A stretch of DNA of 64,000 nucleotides, from contig OZ220696.1 of the NCBI GenBank assembly GCA_965116495.1, positions 2,304,001 through 2,368,000 of the forward strand. Direction: 5' to 3'. The position numbers were made by a program, and so were the translations under genes. Under the pieces are notes generated by a model that saw only the letters and a program-made list of their open reading frames with translations, did no database searches and had not been told where the DNA came from. Source of the stretch: Gammaproteobacteria bacterium. Lineage in GTDB: Bacteria; Pseudomonadota; Gammaproteobacteria; Eutrophobiales; Eutrophobiaceae. Shown here in pieces: positions 1 to 9,772 of this stretch (the stretch's first letter is position 1; every line of letters starts with the position of its first letter).

Positions 1-430
1 CGTCGCTAATCGGCGCACGCACGCCGGCGCTGCCCATCAACACCAGCTTGTTCACCAGGTCGGGGCGCTCTAGCGCGACCCCCATGGAGGTGCAACCACC
101 CATGGAGTTGCCGATCAGGCTCACCGGCGCCAACCCCAGCGTCTCGATTACCGCAATGATGTGTTCATTGCGCGCCTGCTGGGTATAGGAATAGTCCCGG
201 GGATCCGGCTTGTCGGTGAACCCGAAACCGATCATATCGACGGCGTAGACATGATAATGTTCGGCAAAGCTGTTCAGACAGTCGCGCCAGTTGCCGAAAC
301 TGTCGGCGCCGGCGCCGCCGCCGTGCAACAGTATCAGCGCCTCGCCGGCGCCCGCCTCGTAGTAATGTGTGTTGACGCCGTTAACATCGACGTATCTGCT
401 GTCCGCGCCGGGTATGTCTCGTGCTTGCAT
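1..430 (-). CDS. CarC-like meta-cleavage product (C-C) hydrolase, alpha/beta fold; 3' part runs off the window
   Basis: Hand translation from ATG at 430: MQARDIPGADSRYVDVNGVNTHYYEAGAGEALILLHGGGAGADSFGNW...DMIGFGFTDKP...LIGNSMGG...KLVLMGSAG. It has the HGGGAG oxyanion loop and GNSMGG nucleophile motif, as in CarC/BphD. Not in the ORF track because it is truncated. Confidence 0.88.
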   Translation of the reverse strand, partial: MQARDIPGADSRYVDVNGVNTHYYEAGAGEALILLHGGGAGADSFGNWRDCLNSFAEHYHVYAVDMIGFGFTDKPDPRDYSYTQQARNEHIIAVIETLGLAPVSLIGNSMGGCTSMGVALERPDLVNKLVLMGSAGVRAPISD

Positions 431-433
431 CGT

Positions 434-1609
434 TTATCCTGCTCTCTGTTTCGGGGGTGATTGTATGCCGCGGGCATGATTAATGACCAGTTTGCGCCAT
501 TCCACGACGAACTGGTCCAGGGAAAACAGGTTTTCCTCCTGCCAGCCTCGTTCGTCTTCATAAAACGGTTCCATCGCTTCCCTGGCAAAGATATCATCAT
601 CGTTGAAGCCTGATTTCAACGCCAGTTCTTCCCAGCAGTTGTCGTACTGCACCTTGAAGTCCTCTTGCTCTTCTGCGGTCTTACAGGTCCTGGCCAATAC
701 CTGCCAGTAAACATGGTGTTTATCATCCGTCGGGACATACCATTCGTACTGGGCAAGCCCGTAGACAGGCCAGTTCTCAACATACAACACCCCGGGCAGG
801 TACATGGTGACATTCAGACCTTCACGGATGGTATTGCCGTAGGTTTTCACGCCCAGGCGCTTGTTTTCCATGACATGGTCCAGGGCGATGTAATCCAGTC
901 CGATACCCTTGGGCCAGCCCTCATCCCGGATGAGGATGGAGTCCTTATCCTTCAATTGGACCGACAGTGGAAATGACAGGTTTTGCGACAACAGCAGGGG
1001 AGACAGGCGGTGGATCATGATATGACCCGGGTCGCCGCCACTCTCCGCGGCCAGGCGCCAGTTCCCGACGCAGTGCCGGCGGATGCCCAGCAAGACCGTG
1101 TCTTCATCCAGCAGGTACGCGGTCCTGTGTTCGTAATCATCGGCTACGCGGTGCGGCAAATCGTGTGCCAGCGGCTGTCTAGGGTAGTCTTCATCGCCGA
1201 TGAAAACAAAAACCATTCCGTTGACTTCCTTGACCGGGTAGGTGCGCAGTGACACCTTGCCGATCAACGGGTCTTCCTGCGAGGCGATGATATCGCACAG
1301 GTCGCCGCTTTCCAGGTCGTAGGTAAAACCGTGGTACCAGCACGAGATGGTGTCCTTGGTAAAACAGGTGGGGCGGGCCGAAATACGCACGCCGCGGTGC
1401 AGGCATTCGTCCCGCAACGCGTACACCCTGCCGTCGGCCCGGCGCAGGGCGATGGGTTCTCCTGCTATTTGAATACCCTTTACTTCATCCTCTTTGACCT
1501 CATAACTGAACAGGGCCGGATACCAGTGGTTCTTTATCCCCCACCTGGCATTGATGTAGGGCTGCAGAAATTTTAATGGTTTCCGGTTCTTTGAGCTGTA
1601 AGCGGACAT
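434..1609 (-). CDS. Rieske oxygenase, carbazole 1,9a-dioxygenase (CarAa) / 2-oxoquinoline monooxygenase (OxoO) alpha3 type
   Basis: Rieske ligands CLH...CWYH, N-terminal G(I/F)KNHWYPALFS, iron-site DPGHIMIH and GFNDDD, C-terminal RGIQ. Start moved to ATG 1609 (MSAYSS). Confidence 0.88.
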   Translation of the reverse strand: MSAYSSKNRKPLKFLQPYINARWGIKNHWYPALFSYEVKEDEVKGIQIAGEPIALRRADGRVYALRDECLHRGVRISARPTCFTKDTISCWYHGFTYDLESGDLCDIIASQEDPLIGKVSLRTYPVKEVNGMVFVFIGDEDYPRQPLAHDLPHRVADDYEHRTAYLLDEDTVLLGIRRHCVGNWRLAAESGGDPGHIMIHRLSPLLLSQNLSFPLSVQLKDKDSILIRDEGWPKGIGLDYIALDHVMENKRLGVKTYGNTIREGLNVTMYLPGVLYVENWPVYGLAQYEWYVPTDDKHHVYWQVLARTCKTAEEQEDFKVQYDNCWEELALKSGFNDDDIFAREAMEPFYEDERGWQEENLFSLDQFVVEWRKLVINHARGIQSPPKQRAG

Positions 1610-1740
1610 GTATCGTACAGATTCTATCAAACGAATAACTTCCCTCTATTCTAAGTCACCTGTTTAATTCATCCAACAGTGTTCTAATCCTGGGGTCGAT
1701 AAAACGAACCACTTCCGCATCCAGGTGCCATTCCTCCCTG

Positions 1741-1800
1741 GAAAAAGGGGATAGATTTATTTTATCCCGGTAAAAGAAAAATAAATCTGTCCCCTTTTTC
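1741..1800. repeat. REP-like palindromic element
   Basis: gaaaaaggggatagatttattt ... aaataaatctgtcccctttttc: near-perfect ~22-bp inverted repeat in an intergenic region. Confidence 0.7.
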
Positions 1801-1822
1801 GTGGATTCCCTGTCCATACTTC

Positions 1823-3403
1823 CTAAAACAAGCCTGATTTGATATCCCTGTGCGGGTAGTTCCGGATTAACCCCATGTGCGAACCGACCATGCGTTGGAA
1901 CGGGACGATAGACCACAGGTGGTGATACATGGCGCCGAATTTTTCCGCCGGGTCGCGGGCAATGTTATAGAGTTCGTAGTTGGGTAGACCGCCCCTTGAG
2001 CCGGGTATCATGTGCAATTTATGGTCTTCCATACGCACGGCCTTCAGGTCCTTGCCGCTGTAATAAAACATGTAATCACGGCGCCCGTTGCCTGCGCCGT
2101 TGAGCAGCAGGGGCAACTGATCGATACCGTCTATGATCCGGTCCGAGGGAATTTTGTCTTCTATGCCTGCTACCCTGGCGGCAGTGACGAACAGGTCCGT
2201 TACCGAGATCATATCCAGTGGTTGCTGCCCGGGTTCTATCATGCCGGGCCATACGGCAAATCCCGGCGTACGCACGCCGCCCTCGTAGACCTCTCCCTTG
2301 GCGCCGCGCAGCCAGGAATAGCCGGCGTTGGGCCAGAAGGCATACATGGGACCGTTGTCACTCACCCATATCAGCAGTGTGTTCTCTTCGATGCCTGCTT
2401 CTTTTACAGTATCCAGAAGTTGCTGGATGTAGTCATCGTGTTGGGCCAATTGTGCCGCCTGGTTGTTGCGGTAGTCCTGCCCTTCACCGAAACGGTATTC
2501 CCGCGGGGATGAGGCCATCTGCTGGGCATAACTGGCCCAGTACAGGAAAAACGGCTTGTCCGATTTTGCCTTGTCCCTGATGTATTCCTTGATTTTGATA
2601 ATGGACTGCTCCTCCATTTCCACCATGGATTCGGCAGACATGGGAGCGATTTCCCGGCGGCCCTTGCCCTTGATTCCTTCCAGCGCGCCCAGGATCTCTA
2701 TGCCGTACTTCTCGCGGTAGTCCTCGAAGGTGCCGGGGAAATCATAGAAATGGCCGACGCCGTCCACGGTCTGCGCCCTGTAGAACGCGTCTTGGTTGAC
2801 CCAGGAATAGATGGCGCCGTTGTAGAGACCGTAATAGGCGTAGTCAAAGCCCTGGTTCTCCGGCGCATGGGGTTCCAGGTCGCCCACGTGCCACTTGCCG
2901 AACATGGCGGTGTGGTAACCGGCCGCAGACAGCATCTCGGCGATGGTCACCTCCTCCGGCGCCAGTCCCTGTGTCTGTCCCGGCCAAAGCACGATATCGA
3001 CACCGGTACGCACCGGGTGGCGTCCGGTCAACAGTGCAAGCCGCGTGGGTGTGCAGGAGGGTTCGGAATAGTGGGCGAGGAACTGCATGCCCTGTTTCGC
3101 CATATTATCCAGGTTAGGCGTGGGTGTGCCGCGCAGTTTACCACCCAGGTAGGAGCCCAGTTCGCCCCACCCCACGTCATCACCGAGCACGTAAATAATG
3201 TTGGGCTTTTTACCGAAGCGCTTTTCCAGGCCGGCCAGTTTTTTATCAATAGCCTGATCTTCCTTGTTCCAGGCCCCGGCGTTTTCCTGCATGGCCTTTT
3301 GAAATGGCGCATCGGGTTGGTAGGCGTTCGCTGTGACCGCAACAAGAAGGGTCAACAACAATGTGGACAAAATTGCGGCGATTTGCTTATTCAGGTGATA
3401 CAT
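1823..3403 (-). CDS. Secreted Cys-type arylsulfatase
   Basis: KPNIIYVLGDDVGWG, sulfatase motif CTPTR-LALLTGR, GKWHVG, SDNG; signal peptide after MYHLNK ending in ANA. Confidence 0.9.
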   Translation of the reverse strand: MYHLNKQIAAILSTLLLTLLVAVTANAYQPDAPFQKAMQENAGAWNKEDQAIDKKLAGLEKRFGKKPNIIYVLGDDVGWGELGSYLGGKLRGTPTPNLDNMAKQGMQFLAHYSEPSCTPTRLALLTGRHPVRTGVDIVLWPGQTQGLAPEEVTIAEMLSAAGYHTAMFGKWHVGDLEPHAPENQGFDYAYYGLYNGAIYSWVNQDAFYRAQTVDGVGHFYDFPGTFEDYREKYGIEILGALEGIKGKGRREIAPMSAESMVEMEEQSIIKIKEYIRDKAKSDKPFFLYWASYAQQMASSPREYRFGEGQDYRNNQAAQLAQHDDYIQQLLDTVKEAGIEENTLLIWVSDNGPMYAFWPNAGYSWLRGAKGEVYEGGVRTPGFAVWPGMIEPGQQPLDMISVTDLFVTAARVAGIEDKIPSDRIIDGIDQLPLLLNGAGNGRRDYMFYYSGKDLKAVRMEDHKLHMIPGSRGGLPNYELYNIARDPAEKFGAMYHHLWSIVPFQRMVGSHMGLIRNYPHRDIKSGLF

Positions 3404-3498
3404 GCATTTCCCCCTGGAAAAATCCTGTACTCTCGATAATAATACTTCCAGGTATCCATTTAACCACATAAAGGATTAAACAGGAGACACTATAGCTC

Positions 3499-4188
3499 AT
3501 GTCTATCGCTCATTTTCTTATCTTCGGCGCCCATCCGTCGGCTGCAAATGAAACAGCTGGGCAATTCCCCGAATCAGAAATTTCCGCCCTGGCGACGCTT
3601 CCCGGCGTCGAACGGGTCGATCGTTATGAACCCACGGAGTTTCCGGACGACCCTTATGACGATGACCGTCAGGGACAGGTGCTCACCATAAAATCCTGTT
3701 ACCGCGATATCGCCAGTCTTGAACAGGGCCTGGCTTCGGCTGTATTTCAACGGCTGGTTAATGCAGCCCACAGTTCCGGCTACAGGTTAACTCACGACGC
3801 CATGGAGATGGTGTTATATCCGGTCGCAGATGAGAGCGAACCCAGGGAGTTGACCGCGCCGATCTCCTACGTGGTGCGCTACCATTATCCGGCAGATGAC
3901 GTAAAGCGGTTTATTGATTACTACACTTCCCATCATCCGGTAATCGAAAGACGCTTTCCGCGCATCGCCGGCATCATGTGTTACCTGCCGATCAAGTGGC
4001 GCGACCCGACTGATTTGCCGTTGTTGGGGTACATGCTGGGTAATGAGGTAGTATTCGAGTCCGTAGAGGATATGAGCCATGCCTTGCATTCACCTGTCAT
4101 AGACGAAATGTCGGCTGATTTTGAGCAATTCCCCACTTTCCAGGGGTGTCATACGCATTATCCCATGCGGCGCAGACGAGTTGGCTGA
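3499..4188 (+). CDS. Tandem EthD-like (dimeric alpha/beta barrel) protein
   Basis: C-terminal half FIDYYTSHHP...FP.I...EVVFESVEDMSHALHSP...ADF..F is typical of EthD; the N-terminal half is similar. Confidence 0.65.
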   Translation: MSIAHFLIFGAHPSAANETAGQFPESEISALATLPGVERVDRYEPTEFPDDPYDDDRQGQVLTIKSCYRDIASLEQGLASAVFQRLVNAAHSSGYRLTHDAMEMVLYPVADESEPRELTAPISYVVRYHYPADDVKRFIDYYTSHHPVIERRFPRIAGIMCYLPIKWRDPTDLPLLGYMLGNEVVFESVEDMSHALHSPVIDEMSADFEQFPTFQGCHTHYPMRRRRVG

Positions 4189-4257
4189 AATCACTAAAGA
4201 GTTATATTGGTCCGACCCCTGAGGGAGAGCGACCAGAGCGAGCCGGGGCCAGAATAT

Positions 4258-4317
4258 TTGTTAAATAAACTTTACAATATTATTATTTAAGGCTAATATG
4301 TTCAATATAGTTTACAT
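4258..4317 (+). promoter_or_regulatory. Putative HipB operator pair in an AT-rich promoter
   Basis: ttgttaaataaactttacaa (4258-4277) and atgttcaatatagtttacat (4298-4317): 15/20 identical, both TGT...ACA pseudo-palindromes, directly upstream of hipB. Confidence 0.5.
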
Positions 4318-4329
4318 TTATATATTGTC

Positions 4330-4599
4330 ATGACACTGCAAGAACTCGGAAAGCAGATTTCTGTCCTGCGTAAAGAAACAGGCCTGAGCCAAGATGAAAT
4401 ATGCCGGGTTGCGGGGATCTCACGCACCACGCTAAGCCGGCTTGAAAACAGTGAATTGTCTGAGTTGGGTTATAATAAGACGCTCCGCATCATGTCCTGC
4501 CTCAATAAGGATCTGGCGGTGGTGAACAAAACGCCAATGCCGACGCTGGATGATCTTGTGCGTCAGCGGCATGAAGACCTCAATCAGTCAGCTTCATAG
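4330..4599 (+). CDS. hipB: XRE-family HTH antitoxin (HipB-like)
   Basis: LRKETGLSQDEICRVAGISRTTLSRLE HTH; upstream of a HipA kinase. Confidence 0.8.
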   Translation: MTLQELGKQISVLRKETGLSQDEICRVAGISRTTLSRLENSELSELGYNKTLRIMSCLNKDLAVVNKTPMPTLDDLVRQRHEDLNQSAS

Positions 4600-4617
4600 A
4601 AACCTTGATGAAAGGGC

Positions 4618-6048
4618 GTGCTTGTGGTCGCAAAGGTCAAGAGATTATTAATCAGTGTCAATCGCATGCCGGCAGGCTACCTGTCCAAAGACGAAACCGG
4701 GCATGGCGAAAAGAAGTACGTTTTCACCTACCTACCCGACATCCGTCCGCAGCAGGCCGTCTCGTTGACCATGCCTGTTCGCAGTGAAAGCTATGTTCTG
4801 GGGTTTCTGCATCCGGTGTTTGAAATGAGCCAGCCGGAGGGGTTGCTCAAGGACCATTTGGTAAATCGATTCAGCAAAATACTTTCCATGGATGATATGG
4901 GGCTGTTATTCCTGACCGGCCGTTCCCGGGTCGGGAACGTCATGGCCGAAATAGCCCCCAATAACACCGATCAAGAACTTGCTGAAATTGCCTGGAGCAC
5001 GTTTCGGCATGAACAGCAATATGTCGTGGAAGCGAAAAAAGTCGTGCAGGCAAGCGAACAGGACTGGGAACCGTTGTTTGAGCGATTGCTTGAGGATTTT
5101 GCCGTCCGCTCAGGGATTGGTGGCATACAGCCGAAAGTCCTGGCCCGGGTTGCTGAAATTTTACCTGGGGATCAAGATCGGTTTATAGCCACTACACCGA
5201 CACATATTGTCAAGGCATCAAACAGGGAGTATCCGTACCTGGCGCTGAACGAATCCCTGTGCTTAGCGGTAACGAAGCAAGCTGGACTCGATGTTCCCGG
5301 GCATCAAATCAGCGATAACGGGCAGGTTATTATCATCGACCGGTTTGATTTGAAGGAAGATGGCAGCCGTTATGCTGTTGAAGATGGTTGCGTGCTCCAG
5401 GCTCTACCGGCCGGTGAGAGATACGAGAGCAGTATGGAAAAACTGGCCAACGCAATCCTGACGTACCTGCCGGATAAAAACAAACCGGCGGCCGCAAAGG
5501 CGCTTTTCACGTTGACCGTGATCAATACACTGGTTCGCAACGGCGATGCCCATTTAAAAAACTTCGCCATTATGTATGATGCAGCAGGGGACGCCGTTTT
5601 GGCCCCGCCCTATGACATCACCACGACCCAGGCTTACGCATCTCTTAGAGACGATGTCCCGGCGCTCATGATGCATAACACCCGGCGCTGGCCGACCATA
5701 AAAGAACTCGTCCGCTTTGGAAAATTGTCCTGCCATCTTAAAGAGACGGAATGCAAACATATCATTGAGAATGTCATTAAGGCGCTATCTGGTGTCGGCA
5801 AAACCATTCCCGCCGTCATTAAGACATATCCGGGTTCTGAACACGTCTGTACCGCCATGGTGTCAAGGTGGAATGACGGGCTAAAGTCACTTTACTTTAA
5901 AAAGGATGGTGAAAAGAAAGCGTTCCGGACCGGGCTTGACAAGGTTGAAGAAGCCCTGCTGTCAACTTACGGTGACCCGTACCAAAACCGGGATAACACA
6001 ACTCGACCTGTTCGACAGGATAACTCATTACGCGCACCTGGATTTTAA
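4618..6048 (+). CDS. hipA: HipA-family Ser/Thr kinase toxin with N-terminal couple domain
   Basis: VSLTMPVR, LHPVFEMSQPEG, GIGGIQPK loop, IDRFD, NGDAHLKNF, LAPPYD. Confidence 0.9.
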   Translation: MLVVAKVKRLLISVNRMPAGYLSKDETGHGEKKYVFTYLPDIRPQQAVSLTMPVRSESYVLGFLHPVFEMSQPEGLLKDHLVNRFSKILSMDDMGLLFLTGRSRVGNVMAEIAPNNTDQELAEIAWSTFRHEQQYVVEAKKVVQASEQDWEPLFERLLEDFAVRSGIGGIQPKVLARVAEILPGDQDRFIATTPTHIVKASNREYPYLALNESLCLAVTKQAGLDVPGHQISDNGQVIIIDRFDLKEDGSRYAVEDGCVLQALPAGERYESSMEKLANAILTYLPDKNKPAAAKALFTLTVINTLVRNGDAHLKNFAIMYDAAGDAVLAPPYDITTTQAYASLRDDVPALMMHNTRRWPTIKELVRFGKLSCHLKETECKHIIENVIKALSGVGKTIPAVIKTYPGSEHVCTAMVSRWNDGLKSLYFKKDGEKKAFRTGLDKVEEALLSTYGDPYQNRDNTTRPVRQDNSLRAPGF

Positions 6049-6153
6049 CTCGGGAACACATCTTCGCGCCCGTAGCCGTCCTTGGTCCTAAGGAACAGTC
6101 TGCCTTGTTCGCGCAACAGGTCCGATATCGAGAGAAGCCGCCACTAAAGTTTC

Positions 6154-6378
6154 TCAGGACACTTCTGTAAAGACGTCTTCATCGGTCAGCCAGCCATGGG
6201 CTTCAGCAAACGGCGCCAGGCGTTGTCTGAGGTCATTGAAACGCTCAAGCGCAAGTTGTCGTCTCAGTGCTTCACGGGCGAATTCACTCTTGCGTTTGCC
6301 CGTGCGCGCCGCGAGCTCCCGCAACTCGGAGGCAAGTTTATCATCGATTCGAATGGTCAAAGTCGTCACGTAAGACAA
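6154..6378 (-). CDS. Ribbon-helix-helix (CopG) antitoxin-like protein; no intact toxin follows
   Basis: TLTIRID...KSEFAREALRRQL...GWLTDEDVF..VS is the RHH type normally paired with PIN toxins. Confidence 0.75.
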   Translation of the reverse strand: MSYVTTLTIRIDDKLASELRELAARTGKRKSEFAREALRRQLALERFNDLRQRLAPFAEAHGWLTDEDVFTEVS

Positions 6379-6549
6379 TGTATCACATGACGCTATGCTG
6401 GTTAAAGAAAATCATCTATCCGGAAGATGGTTTCATTGCCATGAATCCTGAAACTGCCAGTCATACACTACCGGCTTCTCTGCACCGACGTATTGACTTA
6501 TCAGGTTTTTCAGCCCGTCAGGGCATTACGCCGTCGAAGTCAGGAAACA

Positions 6550-8964
6550 CTATTGACCATCCGCATTTTCGACGAAATAGCCAAGGTTTTTGTAGCCTTG
6601 GATACGCTTTTCACTCATACGCCTGAGCATTGGGACAAGGTTATCTACATAATCGTAAACAAGCACTTCCCGTTTTTCGGGATTCGGTCGATGTAGACGG
6701 CCGACATATTGTGCCAGAACCCCCTTCCAGGAAACCGGCATCGCAAGAAACAGTGTATCAAGACGTGCATCATCGAAACCTTCGCCGATATAACGGCCTG
6801 TCGCAATTAATACCCTCTCTTCGGTTTCGCCTATTTCCTCAAGCTGTTGCATCATCTCGCGGCGTTGCCTTACCCCCATACCACCGTGGAGCAGCAGGAC
6901 ATTCTGCGCGAAACGGCTAAGCCTCTCGGAAAGTTGGAAGGCATGGTCCCTGCGTTCGGTGATGATGACAGGCGAGCGCTGTTCGTCCAAGGTCTTCAAC
7001 ACATCATCGAAAATCAGTGTATTGCGTTTCTCGTCCGTAGATAGTTCTGTATAAATTCGCTGAACAGGAATATGCTTTTCCCCGATTTCTGCCGAAAGTT
7101 GGAATTCAGTTGGGCGCAGGACCACTCTGTGTTTGAACGGGCGTTTGCGGGCTTGTGCTTTTGCGGTAGTCCTGAATCGCACCGGGCCACATTGCATGAA
7201 GATGATCGGATGGTGTCCATCCTGACGGGTAATTGTCGCCGAAAGTCCCAGGATATATTTTGCCTTCGCATAGCGGGCGACAGATTCAAAACTGACCGCG
7301 GATATATGGTGGCATTCGTCAACTACCAAATGACCGTAATTGGAAATCACATCATCAACCTCGCCTTTACGCACCAGGCTCTGAATAACGGCAACATCGA
7401 CAATACCACCAAGCTTGCGTTTGCCGCCGCCAAGTTGCCCGATCGAGGAAGCAGGAAGGTCGAGGAACACCCCGAGCCGCGCAATCCATTGTTCCATGAG
7501 CTGACGGCGATGCACCAGGATGAGCGTGTTGGTTTTGCGAGCGGCAATAATAGAGGCGGCGACAACAGTTTTCCCAAACGCAGTTGTTGCTGCAAGCACC
7601 CCGGTATCGTGCGCCAGAAGAGCATCGGCAGAGGTTTCCTGCTCCGGTGTCAATTCACCAAGAAAGTCTGTCTTGATCTTGTGGCCGGGGTAACGTTCGT
7701 CACGTAGATTCACACGCATATCCAACTCCTTAAACAACTGCTCCATTTCTTCGCGATTACCGCGCGGCAAGGCAATATGGCGCGACAGCAGTTCTCCACA
7801 AGAAATAATGCGGGGAATACCGAACGTTGAAAGCCGCATCGCCTGGGCGCGGTAAAAGGCCGGGTTCTGGAAGGCGGCAAGACGAATAAGTCGGTTTATC
7901 AGACTGGGAGGCAACCCGGCACGCGGAATATAAATTTGATTACCCAGAACTATCTCCAAACTACGGGGCAGTGGATCTGTAATCTCGGTTGTAAGTTTGA
8001 GTCGCGAAGGTGAGGCGCTCCAGGGTTCCTCATTCTCCTCATCAAGTGCCCAGCGCAGGTCAATGACCTGATCCTGCCGACCTGCGGCTTCGACGAGTGC
8101 CATCAATTTCGCCAGGCTGAGGCGGGGAAGTGCCGAGAGAAACGCCCATTGATCTCGATAAGGTTCGAAACTTTCATCAAGAAAGACACTATTGCCACTC
8201 TGACGCGGACCATGCTGCAAGGGCAGCGCAATAAGGTTGCCGAAACCGCCGACCGGCATGGTATCCTGGCTTGGAAAAAGTCGGTCGTAGGACTCAAAGC
8301 CGATGTCGGGATTGCGTTGCATGGTCTCTGTAAAAAGATGAGTTCCAAGGCGCCGAGCAAGCGCCACTGGTGCCGGCTCTGCGAAAAATATCCACACGTG
8401 GCCGCCATTGCCGGAACGCGATCTCTCAAAGGCTGACGGTATCTGTTTGGACCGACAAGTTGCCAAAAAGGCTTCCGCGTCCCGTTGCCATGTCTGTTTA
8501 TCAAAATCGGCAGCAAGAAACCAGCAGGCGCCGTCAGTAAGCATGGGATATACACCTATCGTTTGACGCCCACGCAAATGCCCGTTGATTACCTCATTCG
8601 TTACTCTCAAGAAGTCCTGATTCGGGCACTCGCCGCATTTGATCTTGGGCTTGTCGCATATCCCAGGCTTCCACTCATTGCCGCAGGCCGGCGCATAACC
8701 GGCCTTGCCTGTCCTGGCGTTTTGCCATCGTTTCGGGAACACGTCCTCGCGCCCTAGGAACAGAGAGCGAAACAGGGAGATCTTTTCGCTCGCCCCGGAA
8801 AGGTTCGTCACGAGCCCTTTGGTATGCTGTTCGTCTGGTTCAGACGAACTCTTGGTGAGAAGCTCAGCAAGCCGGCTTTCAAGCTCTGATTTTTCGGCTT
8901 CGAGCCGCTTCAGACGCTCCTGAATGGCCGCAATTTCTTTAAGATGCGATGTGTCAACCGTCAA
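6550..8964 (-). CDS. Archaeo-eukaryotic primase (TOTE-type AEP) domain fused to SF2 DEAD/DEAH helicase
   Basis: N-terminal GREDV.PKRW, Cys cluster, FLAADFD, ERSRSGNGGHVW, GNLIALPLQ; C-terminal TTAFGKT, DECHH, SAT, GEGFD, QYVGRLHR. Confidence 0.85.
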   Translation of the reverse strand: MTVDTSHLKEIAAIQERLKRLEAEKSELESRLAELLTKSSSEPDEQHTKGLVTNLSGASEKISLFRSLFLGREDVFPKRWQNARTGKAGYAPACGNEWKPGICDKPKIKCGECPNQDFLRVTNEVINGHLRGRQTIGVYPMLTDGACWFLAADFDKQTWQRDAEAFLATCRSKQIPSAFERSRSGNGGHVWIFFAEPAPVALARRLGTHLFTETMQRNPDIGFESYDRLFPSQDTMPVGGFGNLIALPLQHGPRQSGNSVFLDESFEPYRDQWAFLSALPRLSLAKLMALVEAAGRQDQVIDLRWALDEENEEPWSASPSRLKLTTEITDPLPRSLEIVLGNQIYIPRAGLPPSLINRLIRLAAFQNPAFYRAQAMRLSTFGIPRIISCGELLSRHIALPRGNREEMEQLFKELDMRVNLRDERYPGHKIKTDFLGELTPEQETSADALLAHDTGVLAATTAFGKTVVAASIIAARKTNTLILVHRRQLMEQWIARLGVFLDLPASSIGQLGGGKRKLGGIVDVAVIQSLVRKGEVDDVISNYGHLVVDECHHISAVSFESVARYAKAKYILGLSATITRQDGHHPIIFMQCGPVRFRTTAKAQARKRPFKHRVVLRPTEFQLSAEIGEKHIPVQRIYTELSTDEKRNTLIFDDVLKTLDEQRSPVIITERRDHAFQLSERLSRFAQNVLLLHGGMGVRQRREMMQQLEEIGETEERVLIATGRYIGEGFDDARLDTLFLAMPVSWKGVLAQYVGRLHRPNPEKREVLVYDYVDNLVPMLRRMSEKRIQGYKNLGYFVENADGQ

Positions 8965-9241
8965 AAGGGCACCATTGCCTTTAGGCCGAGAATTATTATA
9001 GTAACAAAAATCAAAACGTCACTATCGCCGAAAATTGAATAAATTGATGCGACCTGATAGGAAAACCGCTTCAATGCCGTTTCTGGCAAGACTTATTCAA
9101 GATATGGAAAAATTGCTGCCTGTTCATTTATGTATAGAACCCCAAGGGGAGTTGTGTATAATTGCAGTTGCTTCATTTTGATCGGACAAACTGCTGTACA
9201 TCAAGGAGCTAAGATTAAGTAACCTTAAAGGGAAAATTAAA

Positions 9242-9772
9242 ATGACCGATAAACGAGAAGGCAACCTGCCGATCATCAATATTTCACTTCTCCAGCGCGA
9301 TGCCTATGTTTTGTTGGCGTTACTATTGGCAGACGAAAAAATCGCTCAATTTGATAAACTGCTTGATACAGTTGAGGAACACTTTGAAGGTTCTGTCAAT
9401 CAATTGCTTATATGGTTATCTACCGCATCCAGACAGATGCTGGAATTGTCCAAGTCCGATATCAAAGATAGCCCATGTGGTAAATTCTGGACAAATCTGG
9501 ATGCAGAACCAATGGAATTAACATTTCATAGGGCTTGTAGCACCATCATCCATGCCACAGAGATAATTCCTTACGAAACAAAAGGAGACAAATCAAAACA
9601 ATTGGGGGAGGAGAAGCAGTTTTATAAGGGTCGATTGACCATCATAGGAAAAAACAAAAAGCGTGAACAGAAAATAGAGCTTGATGGTCGGAAATATATT
9701 GACTCTGTTATAATGCTGTCAAGAATTTTCAATGGCGGAGAAACACATGCCGACAAGCAGAACTACATATAA
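9242..9772 (+). CDS. Hypothetical protein in AT-rich insert
   Basis: 176-aa ORF with ATG in visibly AT-rich DNA; no motif recognised. Confidence 0.65.
   Translation: MTDKREGNLPIINISLLQRDAYVLLALLLADEKIAQFDKLLDTVEEHFEGSVNQLLIWLSTASRQMLELSKSDIKDSPCGKFWTNLDAEPMELTFHRACSTIIHATEIIPYETKGDKSKQLGEEKQFYKGRLTIIGKNKKREQKIELDGRKYIDSVIMLSRIFNGGETHADKQNYI

Noticed and set aside
1656-1916. 86-aa ORF between the sulfatase and the oxygenase
   Set aside because: It overlaps the sulfatase end and translates the palindrome (KGTDLF...INLSPF); at most the last ~25 codons are an unidentifiable gene remnant.
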